Source: an uncultured Actinomycetota bacterium (GTDB lineage: Bacteria > Actinomycetota > Humimicrobiia > Humimicrobiales > Humimicrobiaceae). Taken from it: 25,067 nucleotides of DNA. Location: NCBI GenBank assembly GCA_964649405.1, contig CAZYQD010000005.1:1-25067 (forward strand). The letters are read 5' to 3'. Position numbers and translations under genes: made by a program. Below the pieces are notes generated by a model. It saw only the letters and a list, made by a program, of their open reading frames with translations, did no database searches and was not told where the DNA came from. Of the stretch, positions 1-10,235 are shown in pieces. Position 1 is the first letter of the stretch. Every line of letters begins with the position of its first letter.

Positions 1-356
1 ACATTCCTTGAGGATTTCAGGGCTTCTCTTATCACTTCTATGCTGATGCTGTCATATTTTATAATAATATCAAAAAAGCCTTTAAGTATTTGAGATAATA
101 TCACACCGGAATTTCCTCTGGCTCCCATCAATGCTCCGAATGAAGCTTTTTCCAGGACATTTTTTAGGGAAAAATCATTAAGTTTCATGAGTTCTTCCCT
201 GATTGAATTTAAAGTAAGCAGCATATTGGTACCGGTGTCCCCGTCAGGTACGGGAAACACATTCATATCATTGATTTTTGCTTCGTTCTTTTTGAAATTT
301 TCTATTATGATATCAATGACTTTTTTTAAATCCCGGTCATTTATTTCATTAACCAT
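1..356 (-). CDS. fakA: DAK2-domain fatty acid kinase catalytic subunit (FakA/YloV-like), 5' part only; runs off the window
   Basis: Not in the ORF track; translated by hand from ATG at 356 (GAGGG RBS): MVNEINDRDLKKVID...INDMNVFPVPDGDTGTNM...ALMGARGNSGVILSQ. Both are DAK2/YloV signature motifs. Divergent from rpmB, the usual context. Confidence 0.9.
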   Translation of the reverse strand, partial: MVNEINDRDLKKVIDIIIENFKKNEAKINDMNVFPVPDGDTGTNMLLTLNSIREELMKLNDFSLKNVLEKASFGALMGARGNSGVILSQILKGFFDIIIKYDSISIEVIREALKSSRN

Positions 357-534
357 AGTTCCCTCAGTCAAATGTTTAAATATTTTAATATTCTATACCA
401 GAACTTGCTTCATTTCTATTTAATTAACACTTCACTTCAAAACTTCGATATTTTCTATATTCCTTAAGACTTTACTTATCAAAAATTGTTTCTATTTGCG
501 CCTGATTACTTTTTTATTTACTTTCCAATTCACC

Positions 535-563
535 TTGAAAAGTAAACGATAAAATGCTAATAT
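535..563 (+). promoter_or_regulatory. Putative sigma-A promoter of rpmB
   Basis: TTGAAA (535-540), 17 nt, TAATAT (558-563), with an extended -10 TG at 555-556; about 90 nt upstream of rpmB. Confidence 0.5.
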
Positions 564-650
564 TCCTTCCTGATTTATTATATTAATTAAAATTAATAAT
601 CTCCTTTGATTTAAGTATTTTTTAAACACATAGGAGAAACAGGAGAAAAA

Positions 651-842
651 ATGTCCAGATTATGCGAAATTTGTGGTAAAAAAACATCTTTTGGAAATAG
701 TGTAAGCCATTCACATAAAAAAACCAGAAGAATCTTTAAGCCAAACGTACATAAGACCAGGGTTGAATATGAAGGTCAGATAAAGACTATGAATATCTGT
801 ACCAGCTGTCTGTCTTCCGGTAACGTCAAAAAAATAGTCTAA
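651..842 (+). CDS. rpmB: 50S ribosomal protein bL28, zinc-binding (C+) form
   Basis: MSRLCEICGK...GNSVSHSHKKTRRIFKPNV...ICTSCL: L28 signature with two CxxC pairs; AGGAG RBS. Confidence 0.97.
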   Translation: MSRLCEICGKKTSFGNSVSHSHKKTRRIFKPNVHKTRVEYEGQIKTMNICTSCLSSGNVKKIV

Positions 843-1309
843 AGTTCCAGCTCAAGATAGGACTCGTTTACTTTGTATCCCATATTCTTATACAATCCAT
901 GACCAAAGCGTGAAGCATGTAGGCCGATCCTTCTTACATCTTTACTCCTGGCATACTCATGCAAGTGTTCCATAATTTTCTTTGCAATACCTTTGCCTCG
1001 ATGTTCGGCATCTACATAGATATTTAAGATATAAGCGTGTAGATTTCTCTTATGTCTTGGGCTTGGCGGTCTATCTTCAAGCAATATGGTCCCACACCCA
1101 ACAGCAGTCTTATCAATAAATGCAATGATACTGTAATGGTTCTTGTTATCTATATCATCCAGGTAATAGTGCACGCACTTTTCAACAATTTCGGCCTTTC
1201 TTTCACCCATATTGTCTTCCGGAAATATATCATTAAACATTTTGAAGCGATACTCCGCCAGGATAGCAGCATCTTTCTTTTTTGCTTTTTTGAAATGTAA
1301 TTTATTCAT
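839..1309 (-). CDS. GNAT-family N-acetyltransferase
   Basis: Acetyl-CoA-binding motif A (AYILNIYVDAEHRGKGIAKKIM) and C-terminal LHAS..G..LYKNMGY; 156 aa. Substrate unknown. Confidence 0.9.
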   Translation of the reverse strand: MNKLHFKKAKKKDAAILAEYRFKMFNDIFPEDNMGERKAEIVEKCVHYYLDDIDNKNHYSIIAFIDKTAVGCGTILLEDRPPSPRHKRNLHAYILNIYVDAEHRGKGIAKKIMEHLHEYARSKDVRRIGLHASRFGHGLYKNMGYKVNESYLELEL

Positions 1310-1381
1310 ATTTTTACCTGATATAGTATGAGTTTTAAAATGATTCTATAATTCTTGCCTTCCTTAGATTAAAAAGCACTA

Positions 1382-2119
1382 TCACTTACTCATGTAATAT
1401 CCCCATGAAGAAAAAATTGCAAAATAATTTATAAATGTATGAAAAATTATCGGGGGATAGATACTATCCGATTTAATAAGTAAGAATATTGCTATTATAT
1501 TCCAGATAAGATTGAAATAAAAAGCACTGAATGAAAAGTCAAAAGGTAAATGATATCCAATATAAAAAGTAGTGGATATTAAAAAGGCAGCTAAAAACCA
1601 GTGCCTGCCCAGTCTGTTTATACTCTGAAATACTGCTCCCCTCCAGGCAACATTATGAGGAATGACTGAAACCAGAGGATATTTGACGCTTTCAACCAGT
1701 AATACAATATACAGAGGATATCCCAGCATAGGAGGCATTGTAGCCATACCTCCCCCTTTTAGCACAGGGAAAAAATTGGTTAATAAAAGATAGGTTGGAA
1801 TTCCAAAACCAAAACCTATTACCATCCCCAGAGGGGCAATAAAATACCAGAATCTTTTTCTGGCTTTTTTAAAACCAAGATAAGCAAAAGAATATTTTCT
1901 AATAACAATATACCATATTAAAACCAGGCCCACTGATATTAAAGGAAAAGTCAAATGTCCCCAGGTCAGCCTGACATATGGTTCTGTTTTTGTACCCCAT
2001 AATCTATTTGATAAAATTGCTTCACCGATTATAATTGCGCCGATAATAATGGATACTACTGCATCTATCCATTTTTTTTCTTTAGCTTCTTTTGTGGACA
2101 ACCATTTTACAACCTTCAA
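1382..2119 (-). CDS. CPBP/Abi (CAAX protease-like) polytopic membrane protein with a degenerate first motif
   Basis: Multiple hydrophobic segments; P-x-x-x-x-WRG (IPHNVAWRG), YIGYH and HTFIN motifs in CPBP order and spacing; TTG start. Confidence 0.7.
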   Translation of the reverse strand: MKVVKWLSTKEAKEKKWIDAVVSIIIGAIIIGEAILSNRLWGTKTEPYVRLTWGHLTFPLISVGLVLIWYIVIRKYSFAYLGFKKARKRFWYFIAPLGMVIGFGFGIPTYLLLTNFFPVLKGGGMATMPPMLGYPLYIVLLVESVKYPLVSVIPHNVAWRGAVFQSINRLGRHWFLAAFLISTTFYIGYHLPFDFSFSAFYFNLIWNIIAIFLLIKSDSIYPPIIFHTFINYFAIFSSWGYYMSK

Positions 2120-2278
2120 ATAGATACCTTCTATCTTAATATTTGGAAAAAATATACATTCCTGCTATTTTTAAAAGATAATTCATTTATTTTTGATATT
2201 TTACATTATTTAAAAAATATAGATTTAATTTCTTTAATTTCCAGAACATACCACTTTGTCCCTGATTCAATCATCTCA

Positions 2279-3742
2279 TCATCTCACTATTTTTTTTAAA
2301 AGGCTGCAGACAAAACCGCCTTCACTTCCAAAGTAATACGGCATGATCTCAAAGCAGGTTTTTTCACTTTTTTCCGGCATATTTTCCTTTGAATCCAAAA
2401 TCAATTTCAGCTTATCCGGAATATCTGGCTTCTCTACAATATATTTCCCCTTGAATTCTTTTAAAAATCTGTCTATAACCTGCTGGTTTTCTATGGATGA
2501 AAGGGTGCAGGTATAAAAAATGATTCTTCCTCCTGTTTTTAAATAAATAGCACAATTTACGATCATTCTAAATGAAAGCTCGGAAAGCCGCAGCAGATCA
2601 TTCATTGTCTTGTTATATTTTACATCAGGATTTTTTGAAATTGTCCCGAAAGCGCTGCATGGTGCATCGATTAAAATCTTATCGAAATATCCCGCATAGC
2701 TATCAGGTTTGCTGCTTTCCAAAAAATTCTTTTTTGTCACATCTGCTTCTATAAGCTTTACGTTCTTTATATTTAACCTTCTAAGATTATTCTCCAATAT
2801 TTTTATTCTCTTTCTGCTGATATCTACCGAAATCACTTCTCCTTCATCTCCAATCAACTCAGAAATATATGTGGTTTTCCCGCCCGGTGCAGCGCACGTG
2901 TCCAGTATTTTTTCGCCCATTTGTGCATTCATGAAATATCTTACCACTATCTGAGAAGACAAATCCTGTACTGAAATAAGACCTCTCCTATAAATACCTG
3001 TTTCAGAAATATCCTGAACGCTGGAAACTTCTATGGAATCTTCCAATACGTTATCATGAGATGCAATTGACTTCATGCCAGACTCTTTCAATACCTCTTC
3101 CCTTGTGATTTTCTCTTTATTGAATCTCAGATAGGTATGCGGATTTTCATTAAGCGACCTGCAGATAAGTCCAGTCTTTTCTATTCCATACCAGTCCACC
3201 CAGTATTTAATCAGCCAGTCCGGATAAGAGTAATCGATACTCATCCTACCAACCTCATCTTTTGCCTGTTTTTTGATTTCTCCGTTTATAAACGAATCTA
3301 TGTCAGTGGTTGAACTTATTTTGCGAAGAATAGCATTTACGAATTTAGAGGAAGATATGGAAGCATTTTTCCTGGTTAACTCGACACTTTCATTAACCGT
3401 TGAATAATCCGGGATTTTATCCATATACAACAACTGATAAACTCCCATACGCAGAATATTTTTTACAGTAAAATCGATATCTTCTATATCCCTGGCAGAA
3501 AATAAAGAGAGTACAAAATCGATTTTAAGATAATATCTTACCGTGCCTTTGACAATATTAAAAACAAAGCGCCTGTCAAGTCCGGACAATTCATAAACTT
3601 CAAAGAAACTGTTTATTATATCTTTTAGTGATTTTTTTTCTTTAAAATATTTGGTCAGGATAAGAAGAGCGACTTTTCGGGGACTAGCCGCGATTCTTTT
3701 TACAGTTCTTTTTTTGGCTTTTTTTTCATTCAAAACTCTCAC
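2279..3742 (-). CDS. rsmB: 16S rRNA m5C967 methyltransferase RsmB/Sun with NusB-like N-terminal domain
   Basis: ILDTCAAPGGKT, ILIDAPCS and YTCT motifs; NILRMGVYQLLY..IPDYSTVNESV NusB-like region; follows fmt. Start could be GTG 3742 or TTG 3733. Confidence 0.95.
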   Translation of the reverse strand: MRVLNEKKAKKRTVKRIAASPRKVALLILTKYFKEKKSLKDIINSFFEVYELSGLDRRFVFNIVKGTVRYYLKIDFVLSLFSARDIEDIDFTVKNILRMGVYQLLYMDKIPDYSTVNESVELTRKNASISSSKFVNAILRKISSTTDIDSFINGEIKKQAKDEVGRMSIDYSYPDWLIKYWVDWYGIEKTGLICRSLNENPHTYLRFNKEKITREEVLKESGMKSIASHDNVLEDSIEVSSVQDISETGIYRRGLISVQDLSSQIVVRYFMNAQMGEKILDTCAAPGGKTTYISELIGDEGEVISVDISRKRIKILENNLRRLNIKNVKLIEADVTKKNFLESSKPDSYAGYFDKILIDAPCSAFGTISKNPDVKYNKTMNDLLRLSELSFRMIVNCAIYLKTGGRIIFYTCTLSSIENQQVIDRFLKEFKGKYIVEKPDIPDKLKLILDSKENMPEKSEKTCFEIMPYYFGSEGGFVCSLLKKIVR

Positions 3743-4709
3743 CGGCCCCGAGTCTGTATCCGTTTATGAAATCAACTGAAGACATTACCCTTTTACCCCC
3801 GGGCTGCAGTAACTCGATTTTTACCATTTCATTACCGTTACATCTGACAAGGATTCCTGTTTTCTTATCGGCCGCAATTACAAGACCGATTTTATTATCT
3901 TTATCAATCCTTGATTTATCGATCTTGAAATTCTCCAGATAAGCATTGGCAGACGAATCATTTAATGCAGCCGCCTTAAGTACTTTAATTCTTAAACCTT
4001 TCCAGAGAAAATAAGCACCCGGGCTTGAGCTAAAAGCCCTGATCCTGTTTACTATTTTCTCTGCGCTGCTGTCCCAGTCTATCTTAAGGTCATCTTTTGT
4101 GATTTTATAGCTAAAAGTTACATTTTTCTCATCCTGTGGATAGGGCACTATCTTTCCTATTTCCGCAAGATCGAGAACTTTAACAAGAAGAGGCTTTCCA
4201 AATTCTATCGATTTTCTCTCCAGGCTGTCCAGGTTATCATCTGCTTCTACTTCGAATTTTACCTGGGCATATATTGCACCCTTATCTACTTCCGGTACCA
4301 CCTCGATTATGCTGACCCCTCCCACTCTGTCACCATTCAGCAGTGTACTAATAATTGGTGTGGGACCTCTATATTTTGGAAGAAGCGATGGATGTACATT
4401 GAACCAGCGTGCAGCTGTCAGCTCGAATAATTTTCCGGGAAATATTTTTCCAAAAGAAGCTACTACCACCGCATCAGGTTTCAACTTACTAAATCTATCA
4501 AAAAAAATGTCGTCGAATTTCTCTATCTGTATAAAATCGATCCCCAGTTCAATGGCTTTGCTTTTTACAACATTGGGACAGGTCTTTCTTCCCCTGCCCG
4601 CAGGCTTATCGGCAGTAGTCACAACCAGGGATATACTATGTCGTGATTTATGTATTTCTTCCAGGAACGGCACCGAAATTTCGGAAGAACCAAAAAATAA
4701 TATTTTCAA
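3726..4709 (-). CDS. fmt: Methionyl-tRNA formyltransferase
   Basis: VVTTADKPAGRG and NVHPSLLPKYRGPTPI motifs; def-fmt-rsmB synteny; TTG start with AGGAG RBS. Confidence 0.97.
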   Translation of the reverse strand: MKILFFGSSEISVPFLEEIHKSRHSISLVVTTADKPAGRGRKTCPNVVKSKAIELGIDFIQIEKFDDIFFDRFSKLKPDAVVVASFGKIFPGKLFELTAARWFNVHPSLLPKYRGPTPIISTLLNGDRVGGVSIIEVVPEVDKGAIYAQVKFEVEADDNLDSLERKSIEFGKPLLVKVLDLAEIGKIVPYPQDEKNVTFSYKITKDDLKIDWDSSAEKIVNRIRAFSSSPGAYFLWKGLRIKVLKAAALNDSSANAYLENFKIDKSRIDKDNKIGLVIAADKKTGILVRCNGNEMVKIELLQPGGKRVMSSVDFINGYRLGAGESFE

Positions 4710-4720
4710 AGGAAGTCTCC

Positions 4721-5227
4721 TTATTTTTTTACAATATTTGATTTGATCTCGCTAATTTTCGTAAGCAGTTCCCTTCTTGATTTTCTGTCAAGACGGTCTA
4801 TATACAGTATTCCATCCAGATGATCGATTTCATGCTGAAATATCCTTGCCAGCAGGTCTTCTGCTACAAGCGCGATATCTTTCCCTTTGCGATCTTTTGC
4901 CTTTACCTTGACTTTGGAAAACCTGTTGACATTAAAATCCTTAATGGAATAAATACTCAGGCATCCCTCATTGCTCTCTATCTTCTTCTTATTCAGAACT
5001 TTGATTTCCGGGTTTATAAATATCTTAATCTTATCGTCAAAATTAACGGCAATTACTCTTCTGGTTATCCCTATCTGTGGAGCAGCAAGACCCACTGCAC
5101 CTTCTTCTTTTAACGTATCCATCATATCCTTGATAAGACTTGAGAGCTTATCATCTATATTTTCCACTTTTTTACTTTTTTCTCTTAAAACCGGATCGCC
5201 TATTTTTCTGATTTCTTTGACTGACAT
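4721..5227 (-). CDS. def: Peptide deformylase
   Basis: GLAAPQIG, EGCLS and QHEIDHLDG motifs. Confidence 0.98.
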   Translation of the reverse strand: MSVKEIRKIGDPVLREKSKKVENIDDKLSSLIKDMMDTLKEEGAVGLAAPQIGITRRVIAVNFDDKIKIFINPEIKVLNKKKIESNEGCLSIYSIKDFNVNRFSKVKVKAKDRKGKDIALVAEDLLARIFQHEIDHLDGILYIDRLDRKSRRELLTKISEIKSNIVKK

Positions 5228-5259
5228 TTTATACCTTTCCCATTATGCATTTCCCAAAT

Positions 5260-7524
5260 CTATAAAATCCATACAGGATCCACATCTATAATTATCTTAT
5301 TTTCATCGAATTTTTTAAATCTTTTTAATATTTTTGCCAGCGCTTCATTTATAAAATCCATGTTTTTGGATTTTATTATTATATGCCATCTGTAAAATAA
5401 ATTTATTTTATGAAAGGGTGCAGGAGCGGGCCCCAGTATGCTGCAGCAATTTCCGGCAGCTTCGACTATCCTATCAAAAAGCTCCCCAATATCTTTTTTT
5501 ACTATATTCTCATCTTTTCCTGAAATTATAATATTTACGAGATTGGAAAAAGGAGGATATCCCAGTTCCTTTCTGTCTTCCAGTTCCTGCCGGTAAAATG
5601 ATTCATAATCATTTGCAAGTATACTTTCCATGACCCTGCTTTCGGGATTATAGGTCTGAATCATTACCCTGCCTTTCTTTTTCTTCCTTCCCGCTCTTCC
5701 CGATACCTGGGTTATAAGCTGATAAACCCTTTCATTCATGTGATAATCGGGAAGTCCCAGCATACTGTCACAATTGATAATCCCCACAAGGGTGACATCT
5801 TCGATATCAAGTCCCTTGGCTATCATCTGTGTGCCTATAAGAATCGAGCCTCCGGGAGAAATAAACTTATTAAGTATTTCCTGATGCGATTTCTTTTTAA
5901 CTGTTGCGTCCGAATCCATTCTGAGTATGGGTGCATCTTTGAATCTCATTTGAAGTTTCGATTGGACCTTCTGGATTCCGGTACCATATAAAAAGATATT
6001 ATCAGCACCACAAACGGGGCATTTTCCGTCGTAACTCTGCTCCCTGCCGCAGTGGTGGCATACAAGTTTTTTAGGATCACTGTGATAATTATAGGAAAGG
6101 TCGCATGCGGGACATCTGGGGACATTACCGCACTTATTGCATATTACAAAGTTACTGTATCCTCTTCTATTTAAGAAAATAATCACTTTATTGTCTTTCT
6201 CAAGTTCCTCTCTTATAGCCGTAAACAGCCTGCCGGTTATAACCGGATCTTCTTTCAGGCGATCCGTTTTTTTAAGATCGATTACTTCCGTTTCCGGAAA
6301 GCTCGTGCTCTGCGCCTTCACGGGGATTTCAAGAAGGGTAAAATCATCATCTTTCTCCGCCCTGTATCTCATTACCAGATCCGGTGTGGCGCTGCCCATG
6401 ACCACGGGTATGCCCAGTATTTCTCCCAGTTTGATTGCCACGTCCTGTGTATTGTATCTGACCCCGGTTCCTTCTTTGTAAGAAGGGTCATGTTCCTCAT
6501 CAAGTATTATTATCCCGATCCCATCCAGGGGAGTAAAAATCGAGGACCTGGTCCCTATCACTATATCGAATTCTCCGTTCCATATGTCCAGCCATCTTTC
6601 ATATCTTTCAGCATCATTCATATTTGAATGATATACGCAAACCCTGGACCCAAACTCGGACTCGAACCTTGAAAAGAGCTGTGGAGTCAAAGAAATTTCC
6701 GGCGTGAGGATAAGTGCCTTTTTCCCCCAGGCAAGAACCTTTCTGCAGGCGGCAATATAAATATCGGTTTTTCCGCTGCCCGTGACGCCCTCAATCAGGA
6801 ATTTGTGAAAAATCTTTTTATCAAGGGCCTCTTCTATGCTGAGCAATGCTTTTTGTTGATATGGATTTAAGACTATATTTTTGCCTTTTGAGGTTCCGTC
6901 CGTATCGTAGTCATATCTGAAATCCCGCTTCTGCCTTTTTTTAATCACGGATATAATATTTCTCTCAGCAAGAGCGGCGATACTTGCATCACCTGAACCG
7001 GTATCCGTTATCAATTTTTCTTTTGATACTTCACCGTGCAGGATCAGATAATCGACTACTTTTTTCTGCGAGTAATTTTTTTTCCAGTTTATCTTATCCT
7101 TTATCTTCTTATACACAGCCTCATTCAGGGCTATATGATCCTTGAATTTAAATTTGATAGCTGAACCGCCGGCCAGTCGTCTGGACTTTCCTCCGGGGGG
7201 AAGGAAAAATCTAAAAACACTCCCTATAGGCTGTATATAATAACGGCTGATCCAGTTTATGAGTTCAAGTTTTTGCGAATCGAATAAAGGTTTTACATCA
7301 ATTATGCCTGCAATATCTTTTATTTCTTTGTCTTCCAGTTCCGATTTATCCTTGGTTCTTACGATATAACCGGTCTCTAACCTATTTTTAAATGGAACCC
7401 GGACGACTTTACCTATATTAATTTCCGGAGATAAGTGAGTGGGTATTCTGTAATCAAAAGCATGATCGATGTCAAAGGTTTTTATGTCTATGTAAACTTC
7501 TGCATATTTGTTATTTCTAGCCAT
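5260..7524 (-). CDS. priA: Primosomal protein N' (replication restart helicase)
   Basis: GVTGSGKT Walker A, DEEH, cysteine-rich CxxC region, LIGTQMIAKGLD, QVSGRAGR. Confidence 0.98.
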   Translation of the reverse strand: MARNNKYAEVYIDIKTFDIDHAFDYRIPTHLSPEINIGKVVRVPFKNRLETGYIVRTKDKSELEDKEIKDIAGIIDVKPLFDSQKLELINWISRYYIQPIGSVFRFFLPPGGKSRRLAGGSAIKFKFKDHIALNEAVYKKIKDKINWKKNYSQKKVVDYLILHGEVSKEKLITDTGSGDASIAALAERNIISVIKKRQKRDFRYDYDTDGTSKGKNIVLNPYQQKALLSIEEALDKKIFHKFLIEGVTGSGKTDIYIAACRKVLAWGKKALILTPEISLTPQLFSRFESEFGSRVCVYHSNMNDAERYERWLDIWNGEFDIVIGTRSSIFTPLDGIGIIILDEEHDPSYKEGTGVRYNTQDVAIKLGEILGIPVVMGSATPDLVMRYRAEKDDDFTLLEIPVKAQSTSFPETEVIDLKKTDRLKEDPVITGRLFTAIREELEKDNKVIIFLNRRGYSNFVICNKCGNVPRCPACDLSYNYHSDPKKLVCHHCGREQSYDGKCPVCGADNIFLYGTGIQKVQSKLQMRFKDAPILRMDSDATVKKKSHQEILNKFISPGGSILIGTQMIAKGLDIEDVTLVGIINCDSMLGLPDYHMNERVYQLITQVSGRAGRKKKKGRVMIQTYNPESRVMESILANDYESFYRQELEDRKELGYPPFSNLVNIIISGKDENIVKKDIGELFDRIVEAAGNCCSILGPAPAPFHKINLFYRWHIIIKSKNMDFINEALAKILKRFKKFDENKIIIDVDPVWIL

Positions 7525-7538
7525 TTAAAACAAAATAA

Positions 7539-8744
7539 TTATTTAAGGCCCAGAAAACTCTGGATTTCATCAACCTTATCCAGTTTTTCCCAGGTGAAAT
7601 CCCTATCATGCCTTCCGAAATGGCCGTAAGCCGCAGTTTTTCTGTAAATGGGTTTAAGCAGATTCAAATTCTTGATAATTGCTGCAGGTCTCAGGTCAAA
7701 TATTTCCTTTACTGCTTTTTGAATTTTTTTGACATCCACCTTTTCGGTGCCGAATGTTTCTACCATGACTGATACGGGGTGTGACACACCTATCGCATAC
7801 GCCGCTTCTATCTCCAATCTATCGGCTGCACCGCTCGCTACCAGATTCTTGGCAACATGTCTCAAAGCATAAGCGGCTGACCTGTCTACTTTGGAGGGGT
7901 CTTTTCCCGAAAAGCTGCCTCCTCCGTGTCTTGCCATTCCGCCATAAGTATCTACGATTATTTTCCTCCCGGTAACTCCGGTATCACCCATCGGACCGCC
8001 TATTGTAAATTCTCCGGTAGGATTTACGAATAACCTTAAATCTTTACTTAAATATTGCTCGGGAATGATTGGTTTTATCACAAATTCTTTCATATCAGGT
8101 TTTATCTGAGCTTCTATGTCGATATTGGGAGCATGCTGTGCTGCTATAACAACGGTCTCTACCGAAACCGGCTTTCCGTCTTCATATTTTACCGTCAACT
8201 GAGTCTTACCGTCGGGTCTCAAGTATGTAAGTATTCCCGCTTTCCTGACTTCGGACAGGCGGTGAGCAAGCTTGTGAGCAAACTGAATTGGGAAAGGCAT
8301 AAGTTCCTCGGTTTCATTAGTGGCATAACCGAACATCATGCCCTGGTCCCCGGCACCCTGACTGTCGAACTCATTTTCATAACCATTTCCAAACCTCGCT
8401 TCATAAGCATTGTTGACCCCTTTTGATATGTTAGGAGACTGCTTGCCTATGGAAGTAATCACACCGCAGGTCTCATAATCAAAACCAAATTTTGCTCTGG
8501 TGTATCCGATATTCTTGATCACTTCTCTAACTATATCCGGTATTTCCACATAAGTTGAAGTGGTGACCTCACCGGCCACGAATACGATCCCGGTTTTGAG
8601 CAATGTTTCTATGGCTGTCCTGCATCTGGGATCTTCAGCAATAATAGCATCAAGAATGGCATCGGAAATTTGATCGGCCATTTTATCCGGATGGCCCTCT
8701 GTAACCGATTCCGAAGTAAATAAAAAATCCTGTCTCTTTGTCAT
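7539..8744 (-). CDS. metK: S-adenosylmethionine synthetase
   Basis: [19 protein letters not shown] and [16 protein letters not shown] signatures; AGGAGG RBS overlapping the coaBC stop. Confidence 0.99.
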   Translation of the reverse strand: MTKRQDFLFTSESVTEGHPDKMADQISDAILDAIIAEDPRCRTAIETLLKTGIVFVAGEVTTSTYVEIPDIVREVIKNIGYTRAKFGFDYETCGVITSIGKQSPNISKGVNNAYEARFGNGYENEFDSQGAGDQGMMFGYATNETEELMPFPIQFAHKLAHRLSEVRKAGILTYLRPDGKTQLTVKYEDGKPVSVETVVIAAQHAPNIDIEAQIKPDMKEFVIKPIIPEQYLSKDLRLFVNPTGEFTIGGPMGDTGVTGRKIIVDTYGGMARHGGGSFSGKDPSKVDRSAAYALRHVAKNLVASGAADRLEIEAAYAIGVSHPVSVMVETFGTEKVDVKKIQKAVKEIFDLRPAAIIKNLNLLKPIYRKTAAYGHFGRHDRDFTWEKLDKVDEIQSFLGLK

Positions 8745-8752
8745 TGTCCCTC

Positions 8753-9985
8753 CTATCGATTCTTTACAGAATTTAGATTCTTTATAATTTCATCCCAGAT
8801 TCCTCTGGCAATAATCCTCTTCTTGTCCCTGGCAAGTTTTTTAACGGATCCATCCTGCCTTATCAGATCAACCTCATTATAATCGCTATCCATACCAATA
8901 TCTTCTTTCGAGATGTCATTTCCTACAATCATGTCGATATTTCTGCCTTTTAATTTTTCCTTCACGGTTTCGACGCTGTAATCAGTCTCGGCTGCAAAGC
9001 CAATAAGGTATTGGTCTTTTTTCTTTTTTTCAGCCAAAAGTTCCAGGATATTTTCATTTTCTTTAAACTTTATTTTTGATAATATATCATCTTTTTTCTT
9101 TAACTTAAAATCATATTTTTTAAGCGGAATAATATCGCTTACGGCGGCCGCCATTATAATTATATTACTGTCTTCCAAATACTCGAGCAGTGCTTCTTTC
9201 ATCGCTGCAGTATTGCTTGCATATACAATTTTTACCCCATATAGTTTCGCGAGGTTCTTTGAGGTACTTATGAGAATTACTTTTTTAGCTCCTCTGAAAT
9301 AAGCCTCACCGGCTAGAGCGTAACCCATTTTTCCGCTTGATTTATTTGAAATATATCTTACCGGATCAATAAATTCTTTTGTACCACCTGCAGTGATAAG
9401 AATCTTTTTACCTTTTAGATCCGAATTATATTTCAGAAGTTCTCCCAGCCTTTCGATAATGACATCTTCGTCTTCCATCCGGCCCAGTCCTTCCTCGCCG
9501 CAGGCAAGTTTGCCGCTTGCCGGACCTAAAAAAAAATATTTTCCGCTTTCCTTTAAATTATTGATATTTTTTTGAATCACTGGATCGAGATACATGCTTT
9601 CGTTCATAGCCGGCACAACAAGCACGGGGCAGGTAGCGGATATTGCTGATGTCGTCAGGAAATTATCACCTATCCCGTACGATAACTTCGAGATCACATC
9701 AGCCGATGCAGGTGCAATCAAAAAAACATCGGCACTGTGAGAGAGCGAGATATGATAAATCTTTTTCTGATTTTCGAATTGATCCACGATTGTCTTATTT
9801 CCGGAAATAGAGCTCAAAGTAAGAGGAGTGATGAAATTCAGGGCATTGGGTGTCATAACTGGTATCACCTCGGCACCCATTGCGGTAAGTTTGCTGCAGA
9901 TAGAAGCTGCTTTATAAGCGGCAATAGATGCGGTGATTCCCAGAATTATCTTTTTTTTAGAAAATACTGACTTATTCGGGGACAA
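8753..9985 (-). CDS. coaBC: Bifunctional phosphopantothenoylcysteine decarboxylase/synthetase
   Basis: [50 protein letters not shown]; TTG start. Confidence 0.98.
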   Translation of the reverse strand: MSPNKSVFSKKKIILGITASIAAYKAASICSKLTAMGAEVIPVMTPNALNFITPLTLSSISGNKTIVDQFENQKKIYHISLSHSADVFLIAPASADVISKLSYGIGDNFLTTSAISATCPVLVVPAMNESMYLDPVIQKNINNLKESGKYFFLGPASGKLACGEEGLGRMEDEDVIIERLGELLKYNSDLKGKKILITAGGTKEFIDPVRYISNKSSGKMGYALAGEAYFRGAKKVILISTSKNLAKLYGVKIVYASNTAAMKEALLEYLEDSNIIIMAAAVSDIIPLKKYDFKLKKKDDILSKIKFKENENILELLAEKKKKDQYLIGFAAETDYSVETVKEKLKGRNIDMIVGNDISKEDIGMDSDYNEVDLIRQDGSVKKLARDKKRIIARGIWDEIIKNLNSVKNR

Positions 9986-9987
9986 AA

Positions 9988-10230
9988 TTACTCGGATTCC
10001 TTCTTCTTCTTTTCGAAAGTTACTTTTTCTTCTTTTATTTCGTTAAAGGCAATCTCCAGTGGGTCATGAGATTCCACGTCTACTAAGGGTTTTACCACGC
10101 TTATCCTTTCCATATTCTTTTGCGCGGAAAGGTAATCCCCAAGTTCCCTGGCTCTCTTAGCTGCGGCTATACATAATTTATATTTACTGTCTATACTCTT
10201 TTTATATTCATCTATATATTGAACTTTCAT
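9988..10230 (-). CDS. rpoZ: RNA polymerase omega subunit
   Basis: SKYKLCIAAAKRAREL and PLEIAFNEI; located between gmk and coaBC. Confidence 0.93.
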   Translation of the reverse strand: MKVQYIDEYKKSIDSKYKLCIAAAKRARELGDYLSAQKNMERISVVKPLVDVESHDPLEIAFNEIKEEKVTFEKKKKESE

Positions 10231-10235
10231 TGAAG

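Noticed and set aside
357-650. Small gene (Asp23/YloU-like) between fakA and rpmB
   Set aside because: The minus-strand frames I read had early stops; the region is adequately explained by divergent promoters.
839-1309. GNAT as a toxin of a toxin-antitoxin pair
   Set aside because: No small RHH-type antitoxin ORF upstream; the neighbour is a polytopic membrane protein.
8745-8752. SAM riboswitch upstream of metK
   Set aside because: Only 8 nt separate coaBC and metK, leaving no room.
9528-9536. A9 homopolymer in coaBC (and similar A/T runs elsewhere) as a phase-variation site
   Set aside because: The frame is intact in a housekeeping gene, and such runs are common in this AT-rich sequence.
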